Assembly: GCA_947073515.1 (NCBI GenBank) | Contig: CAMTMC010000001.1 | Span: forward strand, 37,801-101,800 | Origin: an uncultured bacterium | GTDB lineage: Bacteria; Bacillota; Clostridia; Oscillospirales; Oscillospiraceae | Reading direction: 5' to 3' | Length of the DNA stretch: 64,000 nt | Shown here: one piece after another, positions 8,950 to 19,331 of the stretch | Numbering within the stretch: position 1 is the first letter of the stretch | How the letters are laid out: the number at the start of each line of letters is the position of its first letter | Program-made: the position numbers and the translations under genes | The notes under the pieces: generated by a model | The model's input: the letters and a program-made list of their open reading frames with translations, nothing else | Databases searched by the model: none | Told to the model about the DNA's origin: nothing

Positions 8950-9954
8950 ATGGACATTCGCCAACAGCTCCAGCGGCGGGAGGAGGACATGCTCTCCCCC
9001 CGGGCCTGCCGTTCCGCCCAGAGCCGGGGCCGTGCCCGGCCGGAGGAGGAGTGCGATGTCCGCGCCCCGTTCCAGCGGGACGTTGACCGCGTCGTCTACT
9101 CCAAGGCGTTCCGGAGGCTGAAACACAAGACCCAGGTGTTCCTCCAGCCCGAGGGGGACCACTACCGCACCCGGATGACCCACACCCTGGAGGTCAGCCG
9201 CATCGCCCGGACCATCGCCCGGGCCCTGTCCCTCAACGAGGACCTGACCGAGGCGGTGGCCCTGGGCCACGACCTGGGCCACACCCCCTTCGGCCACGCC
9301 GGGGAGCGGCTGCTGGACCAGGTGATGGAGGGGGGCTTCGCCCACTATCAGCAGTCCCTGCGGGTGGTGGACCGGCTGGAGAAGAACGGCCAGGGCCTGA
9401 ACCTCACCTGGGAGGTCCGGAACGGCATTGTCTGCCACACCAAGGGGGCCCCGGCGGCCACGCTGGAGGGCCAGGTGGTCCGTCTGGCCGACCACATCGC
9501 TTACATCAACCACGATATCGAGGACGCCCTCCGGGGCGGCGTCATTTACCCCATGGACATCCCCCTGGAGGTCTCCCAGGTGCTGGGCTTCACCCATAAA
9601 GAGCGGATCGACACCCTGGTGCGGGATGCCATCCAGGCCAGCTGGGACCAGGACGCCGTCCGCCAATCCCCCGAAGTGGGGGAGGCCATGGGGGCGCTGA
9701 AGGACTTTATGTTCGCCAGCGTATACACCAACCCGGTGGCCAAGGGGGAGGAGGGCAAGGCCCAGGATATGCTCCTGCGGCTGTTTGACCACTACCGGAA
9801 GGAGCCGGACCAGCTCCCGGAGGACTTCCAGGCCATCCGCCTGGAGGAGGGGGTTGACCGGGCGGTGTGCGACTACATCGCCGGTATGACCGACCCCTTC
9901 GCCGTCCAGAAGTTCGAGGAGATCTTCATCCCCAAGGGCTGGACCGTGATGTAA
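8950..9954 (+). CDS. dgt: Deoxyguanosinetriphosphate triphosphohydrolase (HD family)
   Basis: FQRDVDR..YSKAFRRLKHKTQVF, RTRMTH, GHDLGHTPFGH. ATG 8950 after GAGGAGG. Confidence 0.93.
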   Translation: MDIRQQLQRREEDMLSPRACRSAQSRGRARPEEECDVRAPFQRDVDRVVYSKAFRRLKHKTQVFLQPEGDHYRTRMTHTLEVSRIARTIARALSLNEDLTEAVALGHDLGHTPFGHAGERLLDQVMEGGFAHYQQSLRVVDRLEKNGQGLNLTWEVRNGIVCHTKGAPAATLEGQVVRLADHIAYINHDIEDALRGGVIYPMDIPLEVSQVLGFTHKERIDTLVRDAIQASWDQDAVRQSPEVGEAMGALKDFMFASVYTNPVAKGEEGKAQDMLLRLFDHYRKEPDQLPEDFQAIRLEEGVDRAVCDYIAGMTDPFAVQKFEEIFIPKGWTVM

Positions 9955-10040
9955 AAGAGTCCAGCAGCGGAAAAGGGGATAATTCCCCCCAAAAACGGTT
10001 AAAAATTAGAGGATTGCCCATGGAGAAGGGAGGGGGGGCG

Positions 10041-11800
10041 TTGGCTATCCCACCACAATTTTTGGACGAGCTGGTGGCCCGGACCGACATTGTGGATCTG
10101 GTGTCCGAGTCGGTGCGGCTGACCAAAAAGGGGAACAGCTACTGGGGCTGCTGCCCCTTCCACAGCGAGAAAACCCCCTCATTCCACGTGGTGCCTGACC
10201 GGCAGATGTACAAGTGTTTCGGCTGCGGCAAGGGGGGCGGCGCCATCAACTACGTGATGGAGCTGGAGAACCTGCCCTTCCGGGACGCAGTGGCGGTCCT
10301 GGCCAAGCGGGCCGGTATGGCCGTGCCGGAGACGGGCGGCCCTTCCGCCGGCATGCGGGAGCGCCGGGAGAAGATTTTAGAGATGAATAAGCAGGCGGCC
10401 CGGGCCTTTCACCGCTGGCTCCATGGCCCGGAGGGGGCGGAGGGCCTGGAGTACCTCCGCCGCCGGGGGCTGTCCAAGGGCACCCTCACCCGGTTCGGCC
10501 TGGGCTTTGCCCCCAACCGATGGGACGCCCTCATCACTGAGCTGGCCGGCCAGGGCTACGACAAGCGGGACCTGCTGGACGCCGGACTGGCGGTCAGCAG
10601 CAAGGAGGGCCGGATCTACGACCGCTTCCGCAACCGGGTGATCTTCCCCATCATCGACGTGCGGGGGAACGTCATCGGCTTCGGCGGCCGGGTGATGGAC
10701 GACTCCACCCCAAAATACCTCAACTCCCCGGACACCCCGGTGTACAACAAGAGCCGGAATGTCTTTGCCCTGAATATCGCCAAGACCTCCAAGGCCGGGC
10801 GGGTGATCCTCACCGAGGGCTATATGGACACCATCTCCCTCCACCAGGCGGGGTTTGACAGCGCGGTGGCCTCCCTGGGTACCGCCCTGACGGAGGAGCA
10901 CGGCCAGCTGCTGTCAAGGTATTTCAAGGAGGCCATCCTGGCCTACGACGGCGACAGCGCCGGCGTGGCCGCCGCCCAGCGGGCCATCCCGATTTTGGGG
11001 AAGGCCGGCCTGAAGGTGAAGGTCCTGCGGATGCGGGGGGCCAAGGACCCGGACGAGTTCATCAAAAATTTTGGCCGGGAGGCCTTCGCCAAGCTGCTGG
11101 ACCAGAGCGAAAACCAGGTGGACTACCGCCTGGCCCAGATCCAAAAGAAGTTTGATTTATCCGACGACGCCCAGAAGGTGGCCTTCCTCCAGGAAGCCGC
11201 CCAGATGATCTCCACCCTGCCCTCGGCGGTGGAGCGGGAGATCTACGGCGGCCACGCCGCCCAGACGGCGGGCGTTACGTTAGAAGCAATGAAATTAGAG
11301 GTTGAAAAGGCTTTAAAAGGGAGATTAAGAAAAGAATCTAAGAGGATTGAGCGAGAGAATTTGTCCCCGGTGAGCCAAAACCAACCAAAAGAGAGAGAGC
11401 TGCGGTATAAAAATTACCGGTCGGCCCGCGCGGAGGAGGGGATTATCCGCCTGCTATTGGAAGATCCATCGCTGGTATCCCATATGGACGGGCTGACGCC
11501 AGAGGAATTTTCTTCCGAGCTGCTCCAAAAAGTATTCGGCGTGATTCTGGATCGGGTATCCAAAGGGCTGGATGTGAATGTGGCTGTTTTAGCCGGTGAG
11601 CTGACGGAACATGAGATGAATCATATGACCCAAGTGCTGGAAAACCCCCATCAGTTATCCAATCGTGAACAATCTATCGAAGATTACATATTTACGATTC
11701 GTACAGAATCTGTCCAAGAGAAGGTAAGAGAAGACCAAGCCGCGCTGCTTGAGGTACAGAGAAGACTTCTGCAAAAGAAAGCATATATGGAGGAGAAGCC

Positions 11801-11804
<4 letters not shown>
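10041..11804 (+). CDS. dnaG: DNA primase
   Basis: CPFH..KTPSF...CFGC zinc finger, KYLNSP, EGYMD, TOPRIM YDGD. TTG start at 10041. Confidence 0.96.
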
Positions 11805-13105
<1,301 letters not shown>

Positions 13106-13120
13106 GTCATGGGTTGAAAT

Positions 13121-13558
13121 ATGAAGAAGCTATACAATATAAAGAAAAAAATCATAATTATATCGTGTTTGATTCTTCTTCTGAGCGGTATTTGTGGTGT
13201 TGCTAATATATTCATACAAAATGGAAATTCAGATCAGCGAAGAGCTGCGGAATATATGGTTGAAATTAGAGTTGAAAACAAAACGGAGGAGCAATTTGAA
13301 AATTTAAAATTTGGGATTGTCGATGCGAACGATACGGTGTTAGAAGATATAGATTTTGAAGATGACGATGAAAATATAGCGTCTTTTTGGGTCGGTTATA
13401 CAAACACGACAGAGTTTTATTTGAAAATAAAAACATCAGAGAGCTCTGTAAAGAAAACGTTTCATATTAAAGAAAAGGATCAGGTTGATATCCCACAACA
13501 ATTTCTTTTGATTTTGATGAAAGAAAATGGAATATTAAAAATACAGGAATCCTCATGA
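13121..13558 (+). CDS. AT-rich hypothetical membrane-anchored or exported protein
   Basis: Lys-rich N-terminus plus a hydrophobic stretch, then an acidic beta-rich domain; clearly AT-rich. Confidence 0.7.
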   Translation: MKKLYNIKKKIIIISCLILLLSGICGVANIFIQNGNSDQRRAAEYMVEIRVENKTEEQFENLKFGIVDANDTVLEDIDFEDDDENIASFWVGYTNTTEFYLKIKTSESSVKKTFHIKEKDQVDIPQQFLLILMKENGILKIQESS

Positions 13559-13573
13559 GAGGATTCCTGTATT
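13540..13573. terminator. Bidirectional terminator overlapping the stop codon
   Basis: AATACAGGAATCCTC-ATGA-GAGGATTCCTGTATT, a perfect 15-bp stem. Confidence 0.85.
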
Positions 13574-13614
13574 GGTTATTAAGATTTTTTTATGAGAAGA
13601 AGAGAATTGAGGTA

Positions 13615-14004
13615 TTAGTACAGAATGAATTTGAAAAGTCCATCGGCTTTGCCGATATCTGTTAATTTTACAGAATAACCGTAGGCCTTTTCGGTACTAA
13701 TAAGACCATCCCCCCAATTTCCATGAAGTTCCAAGTCGCCATAAACCCTATTGTAGTAGGGATAGAATCCAATATATCCTTTTTGACCGGGAAGCAGCTC
13801 AAAAGAATATGTGGTTGATGTAGAAGCTGATTTTTCCCAACCAATAGTGGCGCCGGCCTGGATCGCTGATTCTTGTTTAGAAGTAGTTACATTTGCGGAA
13901 AAGTAATGCGTGGATGTAGCGGAAACTGTTTTGGAAATCTCAGCTTAAAGTCTCCTTTGTTATAGAAATGGGTGAGAGAACAGCCCGGAGATTTTCTTGT
14001 TCAT
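13615..14004 (-). pseudogene. Disrupted secreted protein, aerolysin/ETX-MTX2-like (or DUF6060-like) remnant
   Basis: ATG 14004 with an AGAGG RBS gives MNKKISGLFSHPFL, then in-frame TAA at codons 15 and 20, then a 109-codon open frame AEISKTVSATSTHYFSANVTT...GATIGWEKSASTSTTYSFELLPGQKGYIGFYPYY...FKFILY* with no start codon. Confidence 0.6.
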
Positions 14005-14076
14005 TGGAGACACCTCTATTATATTGATTAGCAAGAGGAAATTTGTTCGAGATGGTTAAATTTAATTGTAAGGAAT

Positions 14077-14245
14077 CCCGCTTCAGTCCCCTTTCGGGAG
14101 TGTGCGAGAGTATTTTCACGCCAAGAGTGCAACCATGGGTTGCGTAGACCGGCGGGCATGGCGGCAAGAGAGCCGTAGGTAACGCCGCTTCCACAATGCG
14201 GTTCGGCTCACGTCCAGAACGGCAAGAAAGGTGGTGATCTCCGGG
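14077..14245 (+). ncRNA. Structured non-coding RNA, probably 6S RNA
   Basis: End-to-end irregular stem (CCCG/CGGG, TCA/TGA, TCCCCTTTC/GAAAGGTGG). GTGTGCG lies opposite ACGGCA, with inner arms GCGGC/GCCGC and GCAACC/GGTTGC. Resembles 6S architecture by eye only. Confidence 0.45.
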
Positions 14246-14246
14246 C

Positions 14247-16076
14247 TCACTCCAGACAGAACATAGGCCTGGCCTCCTCAAAGAGGTCCACCATCCCGCA
14301 GTAGTTCAAGATCTCATAGGTGTTCAGCCAGCGCAGCTGCTCCTCGTCCAGCTCCTTTTTGGAGCGGAATTCCCCCTCCGCCGTCACAAAGCCCACCGGG
14401 GTGACGGCGGGCAGCACCTCATACAGGTCCGCCAGAAACTCCATATACCCGGTAAGGGGCAGCCCCGCGGTCTGGGCGGTGAGCACCCCCAGGTAGTTGG
14501 GGCTGATGACCACGTCCCTGCGCTCCTCGATGTCAAAGTTGGCCCAGAGGAAGAAGGGGACAGCGTACTGCCGCATCACCTCCTGGGTATCCCGCTCCGC
14601 CAGCTTTTTTCCGTAGAGCTGCTCGTAGAAGGCGTTGGTCAGCGGGGGCTGGTGATCCCCGAAGAAGACGATGAGTGTGGGCTCATCGCTCTGGCTGTAG
14701 TGCTGGATCAGCTGTTCCAGGGCCAGGTCGCTCTCCCGCATCAGGGCCAGAAACTGCTCCGCCGTCCGGTCCGCCTGGTTGAGGCGGTCAGGCAGTTGGA
14801 TGGTCCGCTCCAGGTTGCGCCAGCCCTGGGCGTAGCCGCTGTGGTTCTGCATGGTCACGTTGAAGAAGAAGGAGAAATCCTCCTCCTGGGTAGAGCGGAA
14901 AATCATCTCGTAGTCGGACTGGTCGGACACATAGTTCCGGATCATATAGGGGTTGATCACGTCCTCCTGATACATCTGCCGGTGGAAGCCCAGGTAGTCG
15001 TAGGCGATGGTGCGGTTCCAGCCGGAGGACAGGTAGGGGTGGAAGGCGGTGGTCTGATACCCCTGGCCGCCGGCCAGGGCGGCCAGGGAGGGCATATCCT
15101 CCTCCACATACAGCTGGTAGGCCACGGTGTGGGGGGGCTGGAACAGGCTGGTAAAGCCGGTGAGGTACTCAAACTCAATGGTGGCGGTGCCGCCGCCGGT
15201 GACAGAGGAGTACATCCAGCCGGTGACGGTGTTCTCCGCCTGGGCCAGGGAGTGGAGGAAGGGGGTGGGGTCCTCCGAGGGCTCCAGCCCCTCAAAGATA
15301 GTCAGGTCCCCGAAGGACTCGTTCATTATCCCGATGATGTTCACCGGCTGCCGGCCCGGCTCCCCCGGGGTGCCGGGGTACTGGTCCATCAGGGCCAGTA
15401 CCGCCTGCTTTGAGTAGCCCTCCGGCTCGTCCACCGAGGAGTACCGCAGGGCGATGGAGAAGTTCAGCAGGAAGCCGTTGCGCTGGGTCACCCACTGCTG
15501 GGTGTAGATGCCCAGGGAGGGGAGCATCTCCGTGCGGAAGAAGGCGTAGTTGTACCCCAGGATCAGGGCCCACACCAGCAGGGCGGGGAGGAGGCGCACC
15601 CTGGCCCGCCCCCTCTGGAGGGGGCACAGGGCCACCAGGCCCAGATAGCCCACCAGCACAATGGCGGCCTGGGTCATGTACAGATCCACCGAGTAGTCGA
15701 AGCCGTCGGCCACGTTGACGGCGGTGCGCCAGGCCTCCAGATCGGCGGGGAAGAGGATCCGCCCCCGGAACCGGAGGATATAGTGGTTGGCCAGCCCCGC
15801 AAAAAAGGACAGGCAGGCCCCCAGGGCGGCGGCGCTCCGATTCCGCCCCAGCACCAGCCGGAGGATGGCGAACAGGCTGTAATAAAATACCATGTTCATC
15901 GCCACCTGCCACAGGGCCAGGTCGGAGAAGACATCGTTTTCATTTAAAATTTCCACCATCCACAGGCAGGCCCATGGCCCCAGCAGAAAGACGAACCGGG
16001 ACACCCATCTGCCGGGCCGCTCCCGCAGATCCCGGCCCAGCCTGTGGAGACAGCCTCCAAAGGTCAAAACTGTCAT
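14247..16076 (-). CDS. LTA synthase family / sulfatase-like membrane protein
   Basis: N-terminal TMs; IMNESFGD, GGGTATIEFE (catalytic Thr), TMQNHSGY, FFGDHQP. Confidence 0.88.
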   Translation of the reverse strand: MTVLTFGGCLHRLGRDLRERPGRWVSRFVFLLGPWACLWMVEILNENDVFSDLALWQVAMNMVFYYSLFAILRLVLGRNRSAAALGACLSFFAGLANHYILRFRGRILFPADLEAWRTAVNVADGFDYSVDLYMTQAAIVLVGYLGLVALCPLQRGRARVRLLPALLVWALILGYNYAFFRTEMLPSLGIYTQQWVTQRNGFLLNFSIALRYSSVDEPEGYSKQAVLALMDQYPGTPGEPGRQPVNIIGIMNESFGDLTIFEGLEPSEDPTPFLHSLAQAENTVTGWMYSSVTGGGTATIEFEYLTGFTSLFQPPHTVAYQLYVEEDMPSLAALAGGQGYQTTAFHPYLSSGWNRTIAYDYLGFHRQMYQEDVINPYMIRNYVSDQSDYEMIFRSTQEEDFSFFFNVTMQNHSGYAQGWRNLERTIQLPDRLNQADRTAEQFLALMRESDLALEQLIQHYSQSDEPTLIVFFGDHQPPLTNAFYEQLYGKKLAERDTQEVMRQYAVPFFLWANFDIEERRDVVISPNYLGVLTAQTAGLPLTGYMEFLADLYEVLPAVTPVGFVTAEGEFRSKKELDEEQLRWLNTYEILNYCGMVDLFEEARPMFCLE

Positions 16077-16121
16077 GTTGATCCTCCTATCGGTGCTGAC
16101 CGCAACATCAATATCGTCAAC

Positions 16122-16293
16122 GCGGTTGAAAAGGAGTTACAACTCCTTTTCAACCGGCGGACCATGGGTCCGCCGTTGCGGGGAGCGCGTTTGTGTTTCC
16201 TATGAAGCCATGCGCAGGCAGCCGCTTTGCGGCTCGAACCGCCGCAAAGGCGGCGGTTCGTCGAAAAGAACCCATGGGCTTCTTTTCAACCGC
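16122..16293. repeat. Palindrome-rich REP/MITE-like element in the LTA-synthase leader
   Basis: Terminal IR GCGGTTGAAAAG...CTTTTCAACCGC with internal stems of 15 bp (16124-16155), 8 bp and 11 bp. Confidence 0.7.
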
Positions 16294-16541
16294 ACTGGCT
16301 ATAGCATAGCCCGTTCCGGAAAAAAAGCAAGGGGGAAGGGCGGTTTTTCAGAAAAAAATCAGTTTCAGCGGCCCAAAGCCCAAACGCCCCTAGGCTTATA
16401 ATATTCACAAGATAATGAATATTATTCTCTGCGCCTGGGGCAGAACCGGCTGTCCCTAGCCTGAAAACGGAGGAATCCCTGTAGAACCACCGGCCGCTAT
16501 GGCGCATTTACACAAAAAATCTCCGGCCGGTGATAGATTTT

Positions 16542-16584
16542 TGAATATTTATCTATTGACAGTGAATATCTCTTGGGGTATACT
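16542..16584 (+). promoter_or_regulatory. SigA promoter with tandem ARG-box-like sites
   Basis: TTGACA(16556)-N17-TATACT. TGAATATTTATCTA at 16542 and TGAATA at 16563, 21 bp apart. Confidence 0.65.
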
Positions 16585-16637
16585 CATGCCATTGTCCGGG
16601 AGACCGGGCACGTAGAATGAAAAGGAGAATCAAAACA

Positions 16638-17507
16638 ATGAAGAAATTTCTTGCTATGACCATGGCCGCGGCCATGTCCCTGTCCCTGGTGGCCTGCGGC
16701 GGGGGAGGAGCCTCCTCCAGCGGCGGGGCCTCCAGCTCCAATGGCGGCTCCAGCTCTGTCATCGGCGGCGCTGACGGCTCCACCAGCATCCAGGTGACCG
16801 ACGGCGCCTTCACCACCGCCGTGGAGGGCAAGCTCACCATGGCCACCAACGCCTCCTTCCCTCCCTATGAGTTCGTCCAGGGCGGCGAGGTAGCCGGCAT
16901 CGACGCTGAGATCGCCGCCGCCATCGCTGAAAAACTGGGCCTGGAGCTCCAGATCGACGACATGGAGTTCGACTCCACCATCGAGGCCGTCAAGTCCGGC
17001 AAGGCGGACATCGCCCTGGCTGGCATGACCATCACCCCTGACCGCCAGGCTGAGGTGGACTTTACCACCAGCTACGCCACCGGCGTCCAGGTGGTCATTG
17101 TCAAGGAGGACTCCGCCATCACCAGCGTGGACGACCTGTTCGCTGAGGGCGCCAACCACCTGGTGGGCGTCCAGCGGAATACCACTGGCGACATTTACGC
17201 TACTGACGATATTGAGAAGGCCGGCCTGGGTGTCATCGACCGGTACGGCAAGGCCTCCGATACCGTCCAGGCCCTGGTCACCGGCAAGGTGGACTGCGTG
17301 GTCATCGACAACGAGCCCGCCAAGGCCTTTGTGGCCGAGGTGGACGGCCTGAAGATCCTGGACACCGAGTATGTCATCGAGGACTACGCCGCCGCCATGA
17401 GCAAGGACAACCCGGAGCTGTACCAGGCGGTGAACACCGCGCTGGAGGGCCTGATCGCCGACGGCACTGTGCAGGACATCATCGACAAGTATATCACCGC
17501 TGAGTAA
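16638..17507 (+). CDS. Polar amino-acid ABC transporter substrate-binding lipoprotein
   Basis: Lipobox LVAC, G/S-rich linker, TNASFPPYEF, GIDAEIA. Confidence 0.93.
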   Translation: MKKFLAMTMAAAMSLSLVACGGGGASSSGGASSSNGGSSSVIGGADGSTSIQVTDGAFTTAVEGKLTMATNASFPPYEFVQGGEVAGIDAEIAAAIAEKLGLELQIDDMEFDSTIEAVKSGKADIALAGMTITPDRQAEVDFTTSYATGVQVVIVKEDSAITSVDDLFAEGANHLVGVQRNTTGDIYATDDIEKAGLGVIDRYGKASDTVQALVTGKVDCVVIDNEPAKAFVAEVDGLKILDTEYVIEDYAAAMSKDNPELYQAVNTALEGLIADGTVQDIIDKYITAE

Positions 17508-17569
17508 TCAATCAGGGCAGGGGGTTCAGGGCACTGGACCCCTTGCCTGTCAAGTAAGGAGATGATTCC

Positions 17570-18355
17570 ATGGGACCTTCGGCCTCTCAGCTGTGGCCCG
17601 AGGTGGCGCCGGGGTGGATCACCGCCGGCCCCGCGTGGCTGTACGAACTGGGCTACGACTTCTATAAGAGCTTCATTTTTGACGACCGCTACATGATGTT
17701 TGTCAAGGGCCTGGGCAACACCCTGATCGTCACCGCCATGGCCCTGGTGCTGGGCGTAATCCTGGGCGTGGTGGTGTCCCTGGTCCGGGTGACCTGGGAC
17801 AAGACCAGCCTGGAGACGCCGCCCGGCCCCGCCAAGTGGGCCCTGGCGGCGGCCAACACCCTGTCCAAGGTGTACCTCACCGTCATCCGGGGCACCCCCG
17901 TCATTGTCCAGGTGATGATCATCTGGTACGTGATCTTCGCCTCCAGCCGGAACAAGATCATGGTGGCCGCCCTGGCCTTCGGCATCAACTCCGGGGCCTA
18001 CGTGGCGGAGATCATGCGGGGCGGCATCATGGCGGTGGACCAGGGCCAGATGGAGGCCGGCCGGAGCCTGGGCTTCGGCTACGTGTCCACCATGCGGTTC
18101 ATCATCCTGCCCCAGGCCTTCAAGACGGTGCTGCCCACCCTGGCCAACGAGTTCATCGTCCTGCTGAAGGAGACCGCCGTGGCCGGCTACGTGGGCCTGG
18201 CCGACGTGACCTACGCCGCCAACATCATCGGCGGCAACTCCTACGACTACCTGTTCCCCCTGCTGATGGCGGCTGTCATCTACCTGGTGATGGTGATGTT
18301 CTTCACCTTCCTGGTGGGCAAGCTGGAGAGGAGGCTGAGAAGCAGTGAGCGATAA
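17570..18355 (+). CDS. Polar amino-acid ABC transporter permease
   Basis: [29 protein letters not shown] (EAA motif). Confidence 0.93.
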   Translation: MGPSASQLWPEVAPGWITAGPAWLYELGYDFYKSFIFDDRYMMFVKGLGNTLIVTAMALVLGVILGVVVSLVRVTWDKTSLETPPGPAKWALAAANTLSKVYLTVIRGTPVIVQVMIIWYVIFASSRNKIMVAALAFGINSGAYVAEIMRGGIMAVDQGQMEAGRSLGFGYVSTMRFIILPQAFKTVLPTLANEFIVLLKETAVAGYVGLADVTYAANIIGGNSYDYLFPLLMAAVIYLVMVMFFTFLVGKLERRLRSSER

Positions 18356-19088
18356 TCTCATGATCCGGGCCGTGGACGTGGAAAAGCACTTCAAGGGCGG
18401 CGAGATCCACGCCCTGGACGGTGTCTCCGCCGATATCGCCAAGGGGGAGGTGGTGGTGGTCATCGGCCCCTCCGGCTCGGGCAAATCCACCTTCCTGCGG
18501 TGCCTGAACCTGCTGGAGGTCCCCACCGGCGGCCAGATTTTCTTCAAGGGCGTGGACATCACTGATCCCAAGGTGGACATCAACCTCCACCGGCAGAAGA
18601 TGGGCATGGTGTTCCAACACTTCAACCTGTTCCCCCACATGACCATCTTGGACAACATGACCCTGGCCCCCGTCCAGCTGCTGAGGAAGCCCCGGCAGGA
18701 GGCGGAGGCCCAGGCCATGGCCCTGCTGGAGCGGGTGGGGCTGGCCGACCGGGCCAAAGCCTACCCCAGCCAGCTGTCCGGCGGCCAGAAGCAGCGGATC
18801 GCCATTGTCCGGGCTCTGTGTATGGAGCCGGAGGTCATGCTCTTTGACGAGCCCACCTCCGCCCTGGACCCGGAGATGGTGGGCGAGGTGCTGGACGTGA
18901 TGAAGGAGCTGGCCCGGGACGGCATGACCATGGTGGTGGTGACCCACGAGATGGGCTTCGCCAAGGAGGTGGGCAGCCGGGTGCTGTTCATGGACGGCGG
19001 CAGGCTGCTGGAGGAGAACACCCCCCAGGAATTTTTCGCCAATCCCCAGCACCCCCGCACCAAGCTGTTCCTGTCCAAAGTTCTATAA
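18345..19088 (+). CDS. Polar amino-acid ABC transporter ATP-binding protein (GlnQ-like)
   Basis: [26 protein letters not shown]. Confidence 0.95.
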   Translation: MSDNLMIRAVDVEKHFKGGEIHALDGVSADIAKGEVVVVIGPSGSGKSTFLRCLNLLEVPTGGQIFFKGVDITDPKVDINLHRQKMGMVFQHFNLFPHMTILDNMTLAPVQLLRKPRQEAEAQAMALLERVGLADRAKAYPSQLSGGQKQRIAIVRALCMEPEVMLFDEPTSALDPEMVGEVLDVMKELARDGMTMVVVTHEMGFAKEVGSRVLFMDGGRLLEENTPQEFFANPQHPRTKLFLSKVL

Positions 19089-19130
19089 GTTCTGTTGCCG
19101 CATATAGGTCTTTCAGGCCGCCCCGCTGGG

Positions 19131-19290
19131 GGCTTGTTTGAAAAATGTCAATATGCCCAAACAGCGGCCCTTTTGCCGCCATACTTCCCCAATTTTTCTT
19201 GAAATCCATCCAGGATTCCTGTGAAAAATTGTGTTTGTCTGACTGCGAAATCCCTCGCTGTTGTGCATAGTTCCATTTTTTAAACAGCGC
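19131..19290 (-). mobile_element. ~160-bp MITE-like structured repeat inserted in a terminator hairpin
   Basis: Imperfect TIR GGCTTGTTTGAAAAA / TTTTTTAAACAGCGC, flanked by CTGG and CTAG. Shares a 21/22-nt core with 35508-35529. Removing it restores the stem AGGCCGCCCCGC/GCGGGGCGGCCT. Confidence 0.7.
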
Positions 19291-19331
19291 CTAGGCGGGG
19301 CGGCCTTACTTTGACCTTGAGGTGATACGCG

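Noticed and set aside
13945-13962. Programmed read-through of the in-frame stops in the toxin-like remnant
   Set aside because: Both stops are TAA, which is not recoded as Sec or Pyl; decay is the simpler explanation.
14170-14208. AGCCGTA...TGCGGTT resembling group II intron domain V
   Set aside because: No GNRA-capped upper helix or AC bulge, no domain VI, and no reverse transcriptase gene.
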